The notes beneath the pieces are model-generated. The model did not search any database. It saw nothing but the letters and a program-made list of their open reading frames with translations, and was not told the origin of the DNA. A DNA stretch of 64,000 nucleotides, from the NCBI GenBank assembly GCA_007375595.1, contig VMEP01000001.1, forward strand, positions 557,089-621,088, in the 5' to 3' direction. Each line of letters opens with the position of its first letter. Within the stretch, counting starts at the first letter, position 1. The translations under genes and the position numbers were made by a program. Positions 54,603 to 64,000 of the stretch are shown here, in pieces. This stretch comes from Parcubacteria group bacterium LiPW_30. GTDB lineage: Bacteria; Patescibacteriota; Minisyncoccia; Phycocordibacterales; VMEP01.

Positions 54603-54821
54603 GTGATCAAACATTTCGTCGCATACGTTATCAGCCGCCAGGACCAAAAGCCGTATCCCGTTAACAGGATAATCTACCGTAAATCGCCAATTGTCATCAA
54701 CTCAATGGCGGATGTCCAAAAGCTGGAAAAGGATCTGTACAAAACCCACTTCAGCGGCCACACGAAATATGCTGGCGACGGGTGCACCCTCGTGTCCATC
54801 CAGAGGCTGCCAATTCAGTAA
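54603..54821 (+). CDS. Hypothetical protein from a GC-rich orphan ORF inserted antisense within the suf operon (GTG start)
   Basis: 72 aa. GC about 50%. Terminator GCCCC-ACCC-GGGGC + T-run at 54845-54867. Confidence 0.4.
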   Translation: MIKHFVAYVISRQDQKPYPVNRIIYRKSPIVINSMADVQKLEKDLYKTHFSGHTKYAGDGCTLVSIQRLPIQ

Positions 54822-54947
54822 AAGCTGTCTCAACGGTCAAACCAAAAGCCCCACCCGGGGCTTTTTATTTCAACGAGAGAGGAGTGCGTTGACGAGTAAT
54901 CTCGTACACAGCATCCGAACGACGTTGAATCAAATGGTAAATACCAT

Positions 54948-55631
54948 TTATATTTCTAAAAATCCGTCTACTAAAAGTTTATAGGAATTTTCCTCATCAA
55001 GTCCGCGCGACATCGGGTAAAACAATTCATCGCGAGAAATATCTTTTATAGAAAGTGAATGAGAACAACGAACATCATTACTTGCAATATCAAGAGATGG
55101 GATTGCGTCAACCCGAGCTTCTTCAGATAAAATTAAAAACGAAGCTGATTCCTCTCCTTTTGCCTCTATCTCTTTACCCATCGCGATATCGCTTCTGTAA
55201 ATTACATGCGCCTTATCCTTAAGCACTCCACGCACATCAATTTTAGAAATAGTGTGTGATGCTTCGTGATAAATCTTGTGATATATATCAACCTCTGATT
55301 CACCTACAAAATCGTAAGAGCTCGTTATTGAAGCTTTGGCGCCACGACCGGCTAAAATAATGTGAATATCATTTTTCCCTACAACCTGACTCTTAGAAGA
55401 TTCAACATATTCAAAGGTCGCTCCTTCACCAACATAAACAATAAGAAGTTTTGATTGAGATAAATTATTTTCTATTTTTTTTGTTTCATTTGGCGCGACT
55501 TCAATTACTTCGCCTCCCTTTGCAATAATACCCAAAAACTCCTCCGAAAAAGAAGATGCTATTTTAAGTCCGTATTTGAAAGCATTCGGCTCAACATAAG
55601 TATTTAAAATTATTTTAGTATTGTTTTTCAT
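54948..55631 (-). CDS. sufD: SufD-like Fe-S assembly protein (short form)
   Basis: 227 aa. SufBD-family beta-helix region (…IHIILAGRGAKASI…). Confidence 0.7.
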   Translation of the reverse strand: MKNNTKIILNTYVEPNAFKYGLKIASSFSEEFLGIIAKGGEVIEVAPNETKKIENNLSQSKLLIVYVGEGATFEYVESSKSQVVGKNDIHIILAGRGAKASITSSYDFVGESEVDIYHKIYHEASHTISKIDVRGVLKDKAHVIYRSDIAMGKEIEAKGEESASFLILSEEARVDAIPSLDIASNDVRCSHSLSIKDISRDELFYPMSRGLDEENSYKLLVDGFLEI

Positions 55632-55636
55632 ATTGC

Positions 55637-56986
55637 TTAACCAACACTTCCCTCCATCTCAAGTTCAATCAACTTATTAAGCTCAATCGCGTATTCAAGT
55701 GGCATAGCCTTAACAATAGGCTCCAAAAACCCTCCAACAATAAGACGTTCTGCTTCTCTTTCGGAAAAACCACGTGAACGTAGGTAAAATACTTCATCGT
55801 CGCCAAGTCGCCCAACTTTTGCTTCATGAGAAATATTAACTCTTTTATTGTCGTTCTTCGTTGATGGGTATGTATTCGAAACTGATTTATCATCCAAAAT
55901 TAATGCATCACAAACAACAGACGACACCGCGCCTGTTGCGCGCTTCCCTATTTGTACAAATCCGCGATAAGTAGAGATACCGCCATCTTTAGAAACTGAT
56001 TTAGAACGAATCGTAGAAACAGTGTCCGGCGCCAAGTGTAGTGCTTTTGCCCCTGTGTCTTGATTCTGCCCCTCGCCGGCAAGTACGATTCCCAAACTAT
56101 CTGCTTTTGCTCTTGCCCCCAAAAGAACAGACGATGGATAAAGCATTGTCACACATGAACCCATGTTTCCATTAACCCACTGCATTTCTCCGTCTTCATA
56201 GACCATCGCTTTTTTGGTGTTTAGGTTATAGGTGTTGCGTGACCAATTTTCAATACTTAAATATTTTACTTTCGCCCCTTTCATAACAAAAACTTCCACA
56301 CAACCAGCATGAAGCGACGATGATGTGTATCGTGGAGCAGAACACCCTTCGATGTATTCAATCTCTGAACCTTCGTCGGCGATAATTAACGTGTGTTCAA
56401 ACTGACCAGCGGATGGACGGTTCATTCTAAAATACGCCTGCAAAGGCAAGCCAACTTTTACTCCTTTAGGAACATAAATAAAAGTGCCACCGCTCCAAAC
56501 AGCACCATGAAGCATCGTAAACTTGTGATCAGAAGATGGAACACAGTCGGTCATAAAATATTTTTCAACAAGCTCTGGATATTTTTGCACCGCCACATCC
56601 ATATTCTCAAAAATTACCCCTTTATCAGCAAGTGACTTTTGGAGATTGTGATAAACAATCCCTGAATCATACTGAGCGCCCACGCCACCTAAATATTCGC
56701 GTTCAGCTTTCGGAATACCGAGCTTTTCAAAAGTATCGGTTATTTCTTTAGGTAGTTCTTTCCAGTCAGTAGTTTCCTCAACAGAAGGATCAATATAATA
56801 AACAAGATCGTCTAAATTGAGCCCTGATAGCGATGGCCCCCAATTTGGGATAAGTGTCTCTTTCCACAGAGAAAAAGCCTCTAGGCGCTTTTTTAGCATC
56901 CAAGAGGGCTCATTTTTACTCTCTGAAATATGACGCACAAGCGTTTCAGAAAGTCCCTTATTGACTAACTTCTCATCTATTGACAT
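55637..56986 (-). CDS. sufB: Fe-S cluster assembly protein SufB
   Basis: 449 aa, canonical SufB sequence. Confidence 0.9.
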   Translation of the reverse strand: MSIDEKLVNKGLSETLVRHISESKNEPSWMLKKRLEAFSLWKETLIPNWGPSLSGLNLDDLVYYIDPSVEETTDWKELPKEITDTFEKLGIPKAEREYLGGVGAQYDSGIVYHNLQKSLADKGVIFENMDVAVQKYPELVEKYFMTDCVPSSDHKFTMLHGAVWSGGTFIYVPKGVKVGLPLQAYFRMNRPSAGQFEHTLIIADEGSEIEYIEGCSAPRYTSSSLHAGCVEVFVMKGAKVKYLSIENWSRNTYNLNTKKAMVYEDGEMQWVNGNMGSCVTMLYPSSVLLGARAKADSLGIVLAGEGQNQDTGAKALHLAPDTVSTIRSKSVSKDGGISTYRGFVQIGKRATGAVSSVVCDALILDDKSVSNTYPSTKNDNKRVNISHEAKVGRLGDDEVFYLRSRGFSEREAERLIVGGFLEPIVKAMPLEYAIELNKLIELEMEGSVG

Positions 56987-57062
56987 TGCGACAAATTATA
57001 TTGTATTATCACGCCAGTTGCAAATTTGATTTAACCCAAACAAAAAGAGGAGGAGAAATATC

Positions 57063-57305
57063 GTGAGTACTGATTGTACTGAAGAAAACGCACTGAAGGG
57101 CAACGAGGAATTCGTCGCCTTTCTCCACGAACACGCGCGCAAGGAAAAAATTCCTGCAACCTGCGACAAGCCATGGCTCGCCAATGTCTGGCGAAACAAC
57201 AGGGGTGTTTTCACAAGCCTCTTCTTTCTGCACACAGGAAAAGCTATTTTTATTCCGCAAGTCTACTCATTCTTTCAACAAGCCGCCGAGTCGTACAAGG
57301 GCTAG
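57063..57305 (+). CDS. Hypothetical protein encoded by a GC-rich orphan ORF (GTG start)
   Basis: 80 aa. SD AGGAGGAG 8 nt before GTG. Terminator GCCCCGC-ATCAC-GCGGGGC at 57325-57347. Confidence 0.4.
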   Translation: MSTDCTEENALKGNEEFVAFLHEHARKEKIPATCDKPWLANVWRNNRGVFTSLFFLHTGKAIFIPQVYSFFQQAAESYKG

Positions 57306-57360
57306 CCTTTCCTTATCGACAAAAGCCCCGCATCACGCGGGGCTTTTCTAATTTTTCAGA

Positions 57361-58638
57361 TTAATAATTCCTAAGTCTGTCTGCCTTCTCGTGCTGGCGA
57401 ATTTTTTCGTGAACCTTAGCTTCAATCTGACGAATACGCTCACGAGTCACCCCGAACTCCTGCCCAACTTCTTCGAGAGTATGCATCACCCCATCAACAA
57501 GACCATGTCTCATTTCAAGAATTTTTCTCTCTTTTGGGGAAAGGTCGTCTAAAATTTCTTTAACCTGATCAGAAAGAATACGACGTGAAGATTCTTGTGC
57601 TGGTGAAAGAATCGTTTCATCAGCGATGAATTCCCCGAGAGTTGATTTGTCTTCATCATCCCCAATTGGCTTTTCAAGCGAAACGGTATCTTGGTTGATA
57701 TTTTCAATCATGTGAATTTTTTCCACATCAATTCCCATTTCTGTTGCGATTTCTTCTGGAAGTGGGTCGCGTCCCAAATCTTGAGACAAACGTCGTGATA
57801 CTTGTTTATATTTTGCAATCGTTTCCACCATGTGCACTGGAATACGAATTGTTCTTGATTGGTCAGCGAGCGCACGCGTAATTGCCTGACGAATCCACCA
57901 AGTTGCGTATGTTGAGAACTTAAATCCTTTGGTCCAATCAAATTTATCAACCGCCTTATGTAAACCAAGATTACCTTCCTGAATAAGGTCAAGAAGTGTT
58001 AGGTCTGAACTACGTCCAACGAATTTTTTAGCAATAGAAACGACAAGTCTTAAGTTTGCTCTCCAGAGCAAATCCCTTGCCTCCTTGTCACCCTTTTCAA
58101 TGCGTCGAGCGTATTCTTTTTCTTCATTTGCAGAAAGAAGTGGGTATTGCCCAATCTCTCTAAGATACATCTGAATTGCATCATAAGAAGATGACTCACG
58201 GCCGTAACCTCTTTTTTCTAAAATTTCTTTGGCATCAACATCAAGCAAGTTTCCCCCTTCAAGAACGTCTATTCCGGCACTGCTAAAACGCTCATAAAGT
58301 TCATCTAAAAACAAAATATTATTCTCAACGTTTGGAAACTCTTTTAAAATTTCATCGTAAGTAATAAAACCTCGCTTCTTTCCTTTAACAATAAGAATGT
58401 CAGCTTTATCAACTAAGAGATCATGCTTTGTTTTCTTAACAGGCTTTGCTGGTTTCTTCTCTTTAATCGGCTTTTTTGCTTTGGCTACCTTTGGCTTCTT
58501 TACTGCGACCTTCTTTTTTGAAGTAGCTTTTTTAACCACCTTTTTCTTAAGTGGTTTCTTAACTTTCTTAACCGCTACTTTTGGTTTTTTCGCCTTTACC
58601 TTTGTTTTGGTTTTTACTTTTGTTTTTGTTTTTGCCAT
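57361..58638 (-). CDS. rpoD: RNA polymerase sigma factor RpoD with a ~70-aa lysine-rich (KxK/PKK-repeat) N-terminal tail
   Basis: Regions 1.2-4.2 are present (…[13 protein letters not shown]…). The N-terminus is [28 protein letters not shown]…. Confidence 0.9.
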   Translation of the reverse strand: MAKTKTKVKTKTKVKAKKPKVAVKKVKKPLKKKVVKKATSKKKVAVKKPKVAKAKKPIKEKKPAKPVKKTKHDLLVDKADILIVKGKKRGFITYDEILKEFPNVENNILFLDELYERFSSAGIDVLEGGNLLDVDAKEILEKRGYGRESSSYDAIQMYLREIGQYPLLSANEEKEYARRIEKGDKEARDLLWRANLRLVVSIAKKFVGRSSDLTLLDLIQEGNLGLHKAVDKFDWTKGFKFSTYATWWIRQAITRALADQSRTIRIPVHMVETIAKYKQVSRRLSQDLGRDPLPEEIATEMGIDVEKIHMIENINQDTVSLEKPIGDDEDKSTLGEFIADETILSPAQESSRRILSDQVKEILDDLSPKERKILEMRHGLVDGVMHTLEEVGQEFGVTRERIRQIEAKVHEKIRQHEKADRLRNY

Positions 58639-58653
58639 ATTTTTTAAATTATT

Positions 58654-60381
58654 TTAATGTCGACTGTTTTTTAAATTATTTATACTTTTTGAAATTTCCT
58701 GACATTCTTTGAATAATTCTCCTGTTTTTTCAATCTCCCCTTTCTCTTCCATTTCTTTTAATTTCCTCATCGTGCGCTCAAATTTTTCCTCCAGACAATC
58801 TAACTCCAGATTAATGAAAAGTTCATCCACCTCTCGGCTTAACTTTTTCTCATCATTATAATTATTTTCAAAAACTAAAATCATCTTCTCCTTCTCTTCC
58901 GGAGGAACAAGATCTATTTCCATCAAATCATAGGTGCGGGCAAGGGCATCGTATCTTTCCCTTAATGTTTTAGGGTCGATTAGTGGATTTTTTATTCCCT
59001 CTTGCCACGACGTAATGCCGGCTATAGTAGCACGAATTTTATTACGACGCGATATATTTGGCTTTTCAATTCCTTTTATTGTGTCCTCGATAGCTGGCAT
59101 GTTCGGCAACTTTTTAACTTCTTCCCAAACATGTTCCTCGGCAACTTTAAGTTCGTTCGCGACCTTACCAACGAAATGCGCTTGGTCAATTTTGTTTGAA
59201 ATTTCAGCGATATATGGAATTACCCTCTTTCCTACTTCCCTCCTAAAAGCAGGTTCGTCTAATTTCCGCTCGCGAATAGAACTTAAAACAAAATCAACAA
59301 TATGGTGCGCCTCTTTAATAACTTTATTCCATTCGTCTTTATCTTTCGCGATTAAATCGGCAGGGTCAACATCTTTTGGTAACCGTGCGACCTTCACATC
59401 AATTCCAAGTGAGATTGCAAGACGAAAAGCTCTTTCAGATGCATTTAATCCGGCGTCATCACCATCAAGCGCAACAATTAAACTATCAGAAAAGCGCTTT
59501 ATCATTTGGAGATGATCCGCAGTAAGCGCCGTCCCGGAAAGAGCGACGGTGTTAAATGTCCCAGCTTGGTGAGCCATCAATAAATCTACCTGCCCCTCAA
59601 CTAAAATAGCGGTATTACTTTGAAGCATCGCCCGTTTTGCTTTATCGTATCCATATAAAACACTTGATTTGTGGTAAAGCGGAGTTTCTGGGGTATTAAC
59701 ATATTTTGCCGCCTCTCCCTTACTTGGGGCATCGAAAAGTCTTCCAGAAAACCCAACAACACGACCAATGGTGTTTGAAAGTGGAAACATAATTCTTCCG
59801 CGAAAACGGTCATAGTGTCCACGATTACCCAATACAGAGAGACCGGCTTTTTCAATCTCCTCATCGGTAAAACCTTTTCTTTTTAGAACATCGTATAACG
59901 TTGACCAATTTGTGTCTGCATAACCCAAACGCCAATCAGCGATTGTTCCAACATTAAGTCCGCGCTTAGCAAGATATTCTTTTGCGCTTGGATTAGCGCC
60001 CAAACTATTCTCGAAAAACCTCGTTGCTTCTTCAAGCACGCTGTATAGCCTTTCATATTCACTTTTAAGTTTTGGATCAACTGCGCGCAGTTCCACCCCA
60101 GCCTTATCAGCCAAAGTTTTAAGAGCTGAAGCAAAATCAACTCCTTCAATTTCTTCCACAAAACTGAAGATGTCTCCACCACGATTACAACCAAAACAAT
60201 GATATGTGCCACGAGCTGGCGAAATAAAGAAAGACGGCGTGCGTTCATTATGAAATGGACATCGCGCTTTGTAATTACTGCCTGCTTTCTCGAGTTTTAT
60301 ATATGACAAAGCAACATCAGTAATCGAGAGTCGTTCTTTTATTTGTTCAACTGGTGTTGTGGACATAATATTTAGCTTCAT
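58654..60381 (-). CDS. dnaG: DNA primase
   Basis: CHC2 zinc finger (CPFHNERTPSF…HCFGC), Toprim domain. 575 aa. Confidence 0.9.
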   Translation of the reverse strand: MKLNIMSTTPVEQIKERLSITDVALSYIKLEKAGSNYKARCPFHNERTPSFFISPARGTYHCFGCNRGGDIFSFVEEIEGVDFASALKTLADKAGVELRAVDPKLKSEYERLYSVLEEATRFFENSLGANPSAKEYLAKRGLNVGTIADWRLGYADTNWSTLYDVLKRKGFTDEEIEKAGLSVLGNRGHYDRFRGRIMFPLSNTIGRVVGFSGRLFDAPSKGEAAKYVNTPETPLYHKSSVLYGYDKAKRAMLQSNTAILVEGQVDLLMAHQAGTFNTVALSGTALTADHLQMIKRFSDSLIVALDGDDAGLNASERAFRLAISLGIDVKVARLPKDVDPADLIAKDKDEWNKVIKEAHHIVDFVLSSIRERKLDEPAFRREVGKRVIPYIAEISNKIDQAHFVGKVANELKVAEEHVWEEVKKLPNMPAIEDTIKGIEKPNISRRNKIRATIAGITSWQEGIKNPLIDPKTLRERYDALARTYDLMEIDLVPPEEKEKMILVFENNYNDEKKLSREVDELFINLELDCLEEKFERTMRKLKEMEEKGEIEKTGELFKECQEISKSINNLKNSRH

Positions 60382-60453
60382 TAGCTTTCAGCTTCTTTAG
60401 CTTTGATGTCTCACCTAATTTCCTAAAAGCTAACAGCTAATAACCTGACCAAA

Positions 60454-63400
60454 TTACTCCTCGCTCTCCTCTTCTTCTGTTTCCTTGCTATCTTTTGCCT
60501 TAAAACCAGTTCCAGCTGGAATTAATCGTCCAACAATTACGTTTTCTTTCAAACCACGAAGGTCATCGATCTTTCCGCGAACTGCCGAGTTGATAAGAAC
60601 ACGAGTAACGTTCTGGAATGATGCTGATGAAAGCCAGCTCTTTGTTGAAAGAGCAACCTCTGTAATACCGAGGATAACAGCTTCCCCTTCAGCAACTTCA
60701 CCGCCAGCTTCTTTGGTTCGCGCGTTTTCAAGAGCAAATTCCATGTTTTCAACAAGTTCCCCAACAGTGAATGATGTGTCGGCACTTTCTTTAATTCGCT
60801 TTCGGGAGAACATCTGACGAATAATAATTTCTATGTGCTTACGAGAAATAGATGCTCCTTGTAATTCGTAGATATTATTTATTTCTTTGATGACATATTC
60901 TTCAGCGGCTTCACGCCCACCGTATTTGTAAAGCTCTGCCAAATCAGCGGAACCGTCGGTGATAATGTCTCCTTTCTTTATCTTGCTACCAACTTTTACT
61001 AAAGGACTTCGTCTAAAAGGCGCAACAAATTCAACTTCACCAACTTTACCCTTTTTAACATCCTCCTCATCAAGCAATACTTTAATTACTTTTTCTCGTC
61101 CAACATCATTTATTTCGATTACTTCTCCGTTAACACTTGAAACAATTGCTGGGTTCTTAGGAATTCGACGTTCGAAAATTTCTTCAACGCGAGGAAGACC
61201 CATAGTAATGTCGATACCAGCAACACCTCCGGCGTGGAACGTACGCATTGTTAGCTGTGTACCTGGTTCACCGATAGCTTGAGCGGCGATAATACCAACA
61301 GCTTCACCTTTTTCAACCATTCTGTTTCTCGCAAGGTCTAATCCGTAACACATGCGGCAAATACCATGAAGTGTTTTACAAGTAAGAGGTGTTCTAACAA
61401 AAACTTCTGTTATACCAGCGTTTTCGATTTTCAAAGCATCGCTCTTTAGAATTAAGTGACCTTTCTTGTAAAGGGTCTCTCCTTTTTCGTCCTTGATTTC
61501 AGTTGCTAAGATACGCCCACGAATACTCTTAGAAATTGGAACTTCAATTCCAGAAAGAGTTTCTTTAGTGATTCTCTTTGTTTCCTTTGTGCCACAATCA
61601 TCTTCTGTAATTACAGAATCTTGAGCAACGTCAACAAGCTTTCTTGTTAAGTAACCTGCCTTTGCAGTGTTGAGTGCCGTGTCGGCCAAACCTTTACGGG
61701 CACCGTGAGTAGTCGTGAAGTATTCAATAGGTGAAAGACCTTCTTTGTATGACGGGATAATTGGGAAATCGATTGTTCGTCCAGCGGTGTTGATAATAAG
61801 ACCTTTCATTCCAGACATCTGGCTAAGCTGAGTTAAAGAACCTCGAGCACCTGAAGTCACTAAGTCGTGAGCGGAACCATTTCTATCGAGGGTTTCAGGA
61901 ACAAGCTTGTCGAGCTCACCTTTAACGCCTTGCCAAATTTCAATTGTTTTCCTGTATCTTTCTTCTTCAGCAAGCAAACCTTCGTTGAACTGACTCAAAA
62001 CGTCTTCAACTTTCTTTCTTCCAATATCAACAATTTCTTTCTTTCTTGGGTGAACCTTAACATCGTCCATTCCCCATGTAGTTCCAGAAACTGTGGCGTA
62101 CTTGTATCCGAATGTTTTAATCTTGTCCAAAATTGCTGGTGTTTTCTCTATACCGTATCGGGCAATCAATTCATCAACCAATGCGGCTAATTTTTTAATG
62201 TTTATTTCCTCGTTTATATAAGGAAGGTCTTTAGGCAAGATTGAGTTAAAGAGAAGACGTCCAACCGAAGTCTCGAAAAGCTTACCTTCAAACTGCGCGT
62301 ACTTCGGACTATCTGTTGGTAACACCTTAATCTTCGAACGAAAGGCTACGATATCAAAGTCATATGACATGATTGCGTTGTTTGGAGTTGGGAAAGCCTT
62401 TCCTTCACCTTTCTCCCCCTCAACAACCTTAGTCATCCAGTAACAACCAAGCACAATATCAAGCTTTGGATTAACGATTGGATCCCCGTTTCCTGGTTTT
62501 AGAAGGTTTCTGTTTGCAGCCATTAAATCCCCTGCTTCTTGTTGAGCTTCCTTAGAAAGAGGCACGTGAACAGCCATCTGGTCACCGTCGAAGTCTGCGT
62601 TGAAAGCTGTACAAACAAGTGGGTGCACTTGAATTGCGTTTCCTTCAATAAGCACTGGATGGAAAGCCTGAATACCTAAACGATGAAGTGTTGGTGCGCG
62701 GTTTAGAAGAACGTACTTTCCTTTAATTACTTCTTCAAGAATTGCCCAAACCTCAGGGACACCTTCGTCAATTAAACGACCGGCGCCACGGATGTTATAA
62801 GCAAGTTCTCGTTCAAGAATTTTAGAAATTACGAATGGGCGGAAAAGTTCAAGCGCCATGTGCTTTGGCAAACCACATTGATCAAGTTTCAACTGTGGGC
62901 CGACAACAATAACAGAACGACCTGAATAATCTACACGCTTACCCAAAAGGTTTTGACGGAAAAGACCCTGCTTTCCTTTTAAATTATCTGCGAGCGATTT
63001 GAGTGAACGACGCTGAGACTGATTCATTGCCATAGCTTCTGACTGTCGGCGAATAGAATTATCGATAAGTGAGTCAACAGCTTCCTGTAAAATACGCTTT
63101 TCGTTACGCAAAATAACATCTGGTGCGCCAATCTCGAGAAGCTTTCGTAAACGATTGTTTCGGTTGATAACACGGCGATAAAGATCGTTTACGTCTGATG
63201 TAGCGTGGCGTCCTCCTTCAAGCGCAACCATCGGGCGTAGTGCTGGTGGAATAACTGGAATTACTGTTAAGAACATCCAGTCAGGGCGAACATTTGAATT
63301 AATCATTGCGCGAATAAGAGAGAGTCTCTTTTCGGTTTTTTCTCTTTCAATCGCTGTGGTTTTCTTTGTATTACTTGTGAGTTCGTTTTCAAGCTTCTTT

Positions 63401-64000
63401 AAGTCTAGATTTTTGAAAAGATTAAAGATTGCTTCAGCTCCGATTGTTGCTTCAAAGACGGGACCGTATTTCAAGGCGTAGCGGTGATAAGTAGCCTCAT
63501 CAACAACTTTTCCTACAACAATTTCATTAACTTCTTTCTTTGCAGTAGAAAGCATCTCTTTGATTTTCTCGCGAGAAGCTTCATCTGTCATTGATTTAAC
63601 CTTTGCTTTGTATTCTGATTCTAGGTTTTTAATAACCTTATCTTTTTCTTCATCATTAACTTTAGTGATGATGTAACCAGCAAAGTAGATAACCTTCTCA
63701 AGGTCGGTAACTGGCACATTCATCAAAAGACTCATTCTTGATGGCACGCCACGCAAGAACCAAATATGAGCAACTGGGCTTGCAAGCTCAATGTGTCCCA
63801 TTCTTTCACGCCTGACAATAGAGCGAGTAACCTCAACCCCACATTTCTCACAAACAATATCCTTATATCGAATACGTCGATATTTTCCACAGTAACACTC
63901 GAAGTCTTTTTCTGGTCCGAATATACGTTCATCAAAAAGACCACCGCGCTCGGAACGACCGGTTCTGTAGTTGATTGTTTCCGGCTTCGTTACCTCGCCA
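60454..64000 (-). CDS. rpoC: DNA-directed RNA polymerase beta' subunit (5' end beyond the window edge)
   Basis: [12 protein letters not shown] catalytic motif. The open frame continues past 63801 to the window edge (…CEKCGVEVT…), so the gene is 5'-truncated by the window. Confidence 0.95.
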   Translation of the reverse strand, partial: GEVTKPETINYRTGRSERGGLFDERIFGPEKDFECYCGKYRRIRYKDIVCEKCGVEVTRSIVRRERMGHIELASPVAHIWFLRGVPSRMSLLMNVPVTDLEKVIYFAGYIITKVNDEEKDKVIKNLESEYKAKVKSMTDEASREKIKEMLSTAKKEVNEIVVGKVVDEATYHRYALKYGPVFEATIGAEAIFNLFKNLDLKKLENELTSNTKKTTAIEREKTEKRLSLIRAMINSNVRPDWMFLTVIPVIPPALRPMVALEGGRHATSDVNDLYRRVINRNNRLRKLLEIGAPDVILRNEKRILQEAVDSLIDNSIRRQSEAMAMNQSQRRSLKSLADNLKGKQGLFRQNLLGKRVDYSGRSVIVVGPQLKLDQCGLPKHMALELFRPFVISKILERELAYNIRGAGRLIDEGVPEVWAILEEVIKGKYVLLNRAPTLHRLGIQAFHPVLIEGNAIQVHPLVCTAFNADFDGDQMAVHVPLSKEAQQEAGDLMAANRNLLKPGNGDPIVNPKLDIVLGCYWMTKVVEGEKGEGKAFPTPNNAIMSYDFDIVAFRSKIKVLPTDSPKYAQFEGKLFETSVGRLLFNSILPKDLPYINEEINIKKLAALVDELIARYGIEKTPAILDKIKTFGYKYATVSGTTWGMDDVKVHPRKKEIVDIGRKKVEDVLSQFNEGLLAEEERYRKTIEIWQGVKGELDKLVPETLDRNGSAHDLVTSGARGSLTQLSQMSGMKGLIINTAGRTIDFPIIPSYKEGLSPIEYFTTTHGARKGLADTALNTAKAGYLTRKLVDVAQDSVITEDDCGTKETKRITKETLSGIEVPISKSIRGRILATEIKDEKGETLYKKGHLILKSDALKIENAGITEVFVRTPLTCKTLHGICRMCYGLDLARNRMVEKGEAVGIIAAQAIGEPGTQLTMRTFHAGGVAGIDITMGLPRVEEIFERRIPKNPAIVSSVNGEVIEINDVGREKVIKVLLDEEDVKKGKVGEVEFVAPFRRSPLVKVGSKIKKGDIITDGSADLAELYKYGGREAAEEYVIKEINNIYELQGASISRKHIEIIIRQMFSRKRIKESADTSFTVGELVENMEFALENARTKEAGGEVAEGEAVILGITEVALSTKSWLSSASFQNVTRVLINSAVRGKIDDLRGLKENVIVGRLIPAGTGFKAKDSKETEEEESEE

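Overview
This 64 kb window is low-GC (about 36-38%) bacterial DNA with small proteins and many short or leaderless 5' UTRs, consistent with a reduced-genome (CPR/Patescibacteria-like) lineage; this taxonomic guess is an inference from composition and gene content only. Most of the window is housekeeping. It holds a dcw cluster (mraZ-rsmH-ftsL-ftsI-murF), an mreB-mreC-mreD-PBP2 cluster plus a second mreB paralog, and a suf Fe-S operon (sufB-sufD-sufS-sufU-sufC-sufT). It also holds the macromolecular-synthesis operon (dnaG-rpoD) next to a 5'-truncated rpoC, and dnaB, recR, priA, def-fmt, several aaRS genes (cysS, lysS, proS), ribosomal proteins L27/L9/L21, frr, hpf, rseP, murA, greA and truB. 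Between these sit clear accessory features. (1) A two-gene minus-strand operon (13338-16307) encodes a 769-aa AAA_13/RloC-like ABC-type ATPase, with Walker A, LSEGEK signature, Walker B and a CxxC zinc hook in a coiled coil, followed by a 213-aa protein with an Rx4HH (HEPN-like) motif. It lies beside tRNA-Glu and a 400-bp repeat-filled spacer. This is my top candidate for an undescribed defence or abortive-infection module. (2) A tRNA-Asn locus (42900-43500) is flanked by partial direct and inverted copies of the tRNA ends; these look like att scars. It is followed by a small island with a 59-aa acidic protein, a 3-TM protein and a standalone GGDEF diguanylate cyclase. (3) A dispersed MITE-like repeat family of at least 10 copies has terminal inverted repeats (TTTAAAAAACACG ... 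TGTTTTTTAAA) and a conserved AATTTTCTGCTGAAAATT-type hairpin, always in intergenic DNA. (4) About a dozen compositionally anomalous GC-rich orphan ORFs (33-190 aa) are each equipped with their own SD and terminator. One sits inside the suf operon and one is behind a promoter with a palindromic operator. (5) A promoter- and terminator-delimited ~100-nt GC-rich RNA candidate lies at 8870-8969 and carries an SRP-RNA helix-8-like motif. There is no CRISPR array and no rRNA.
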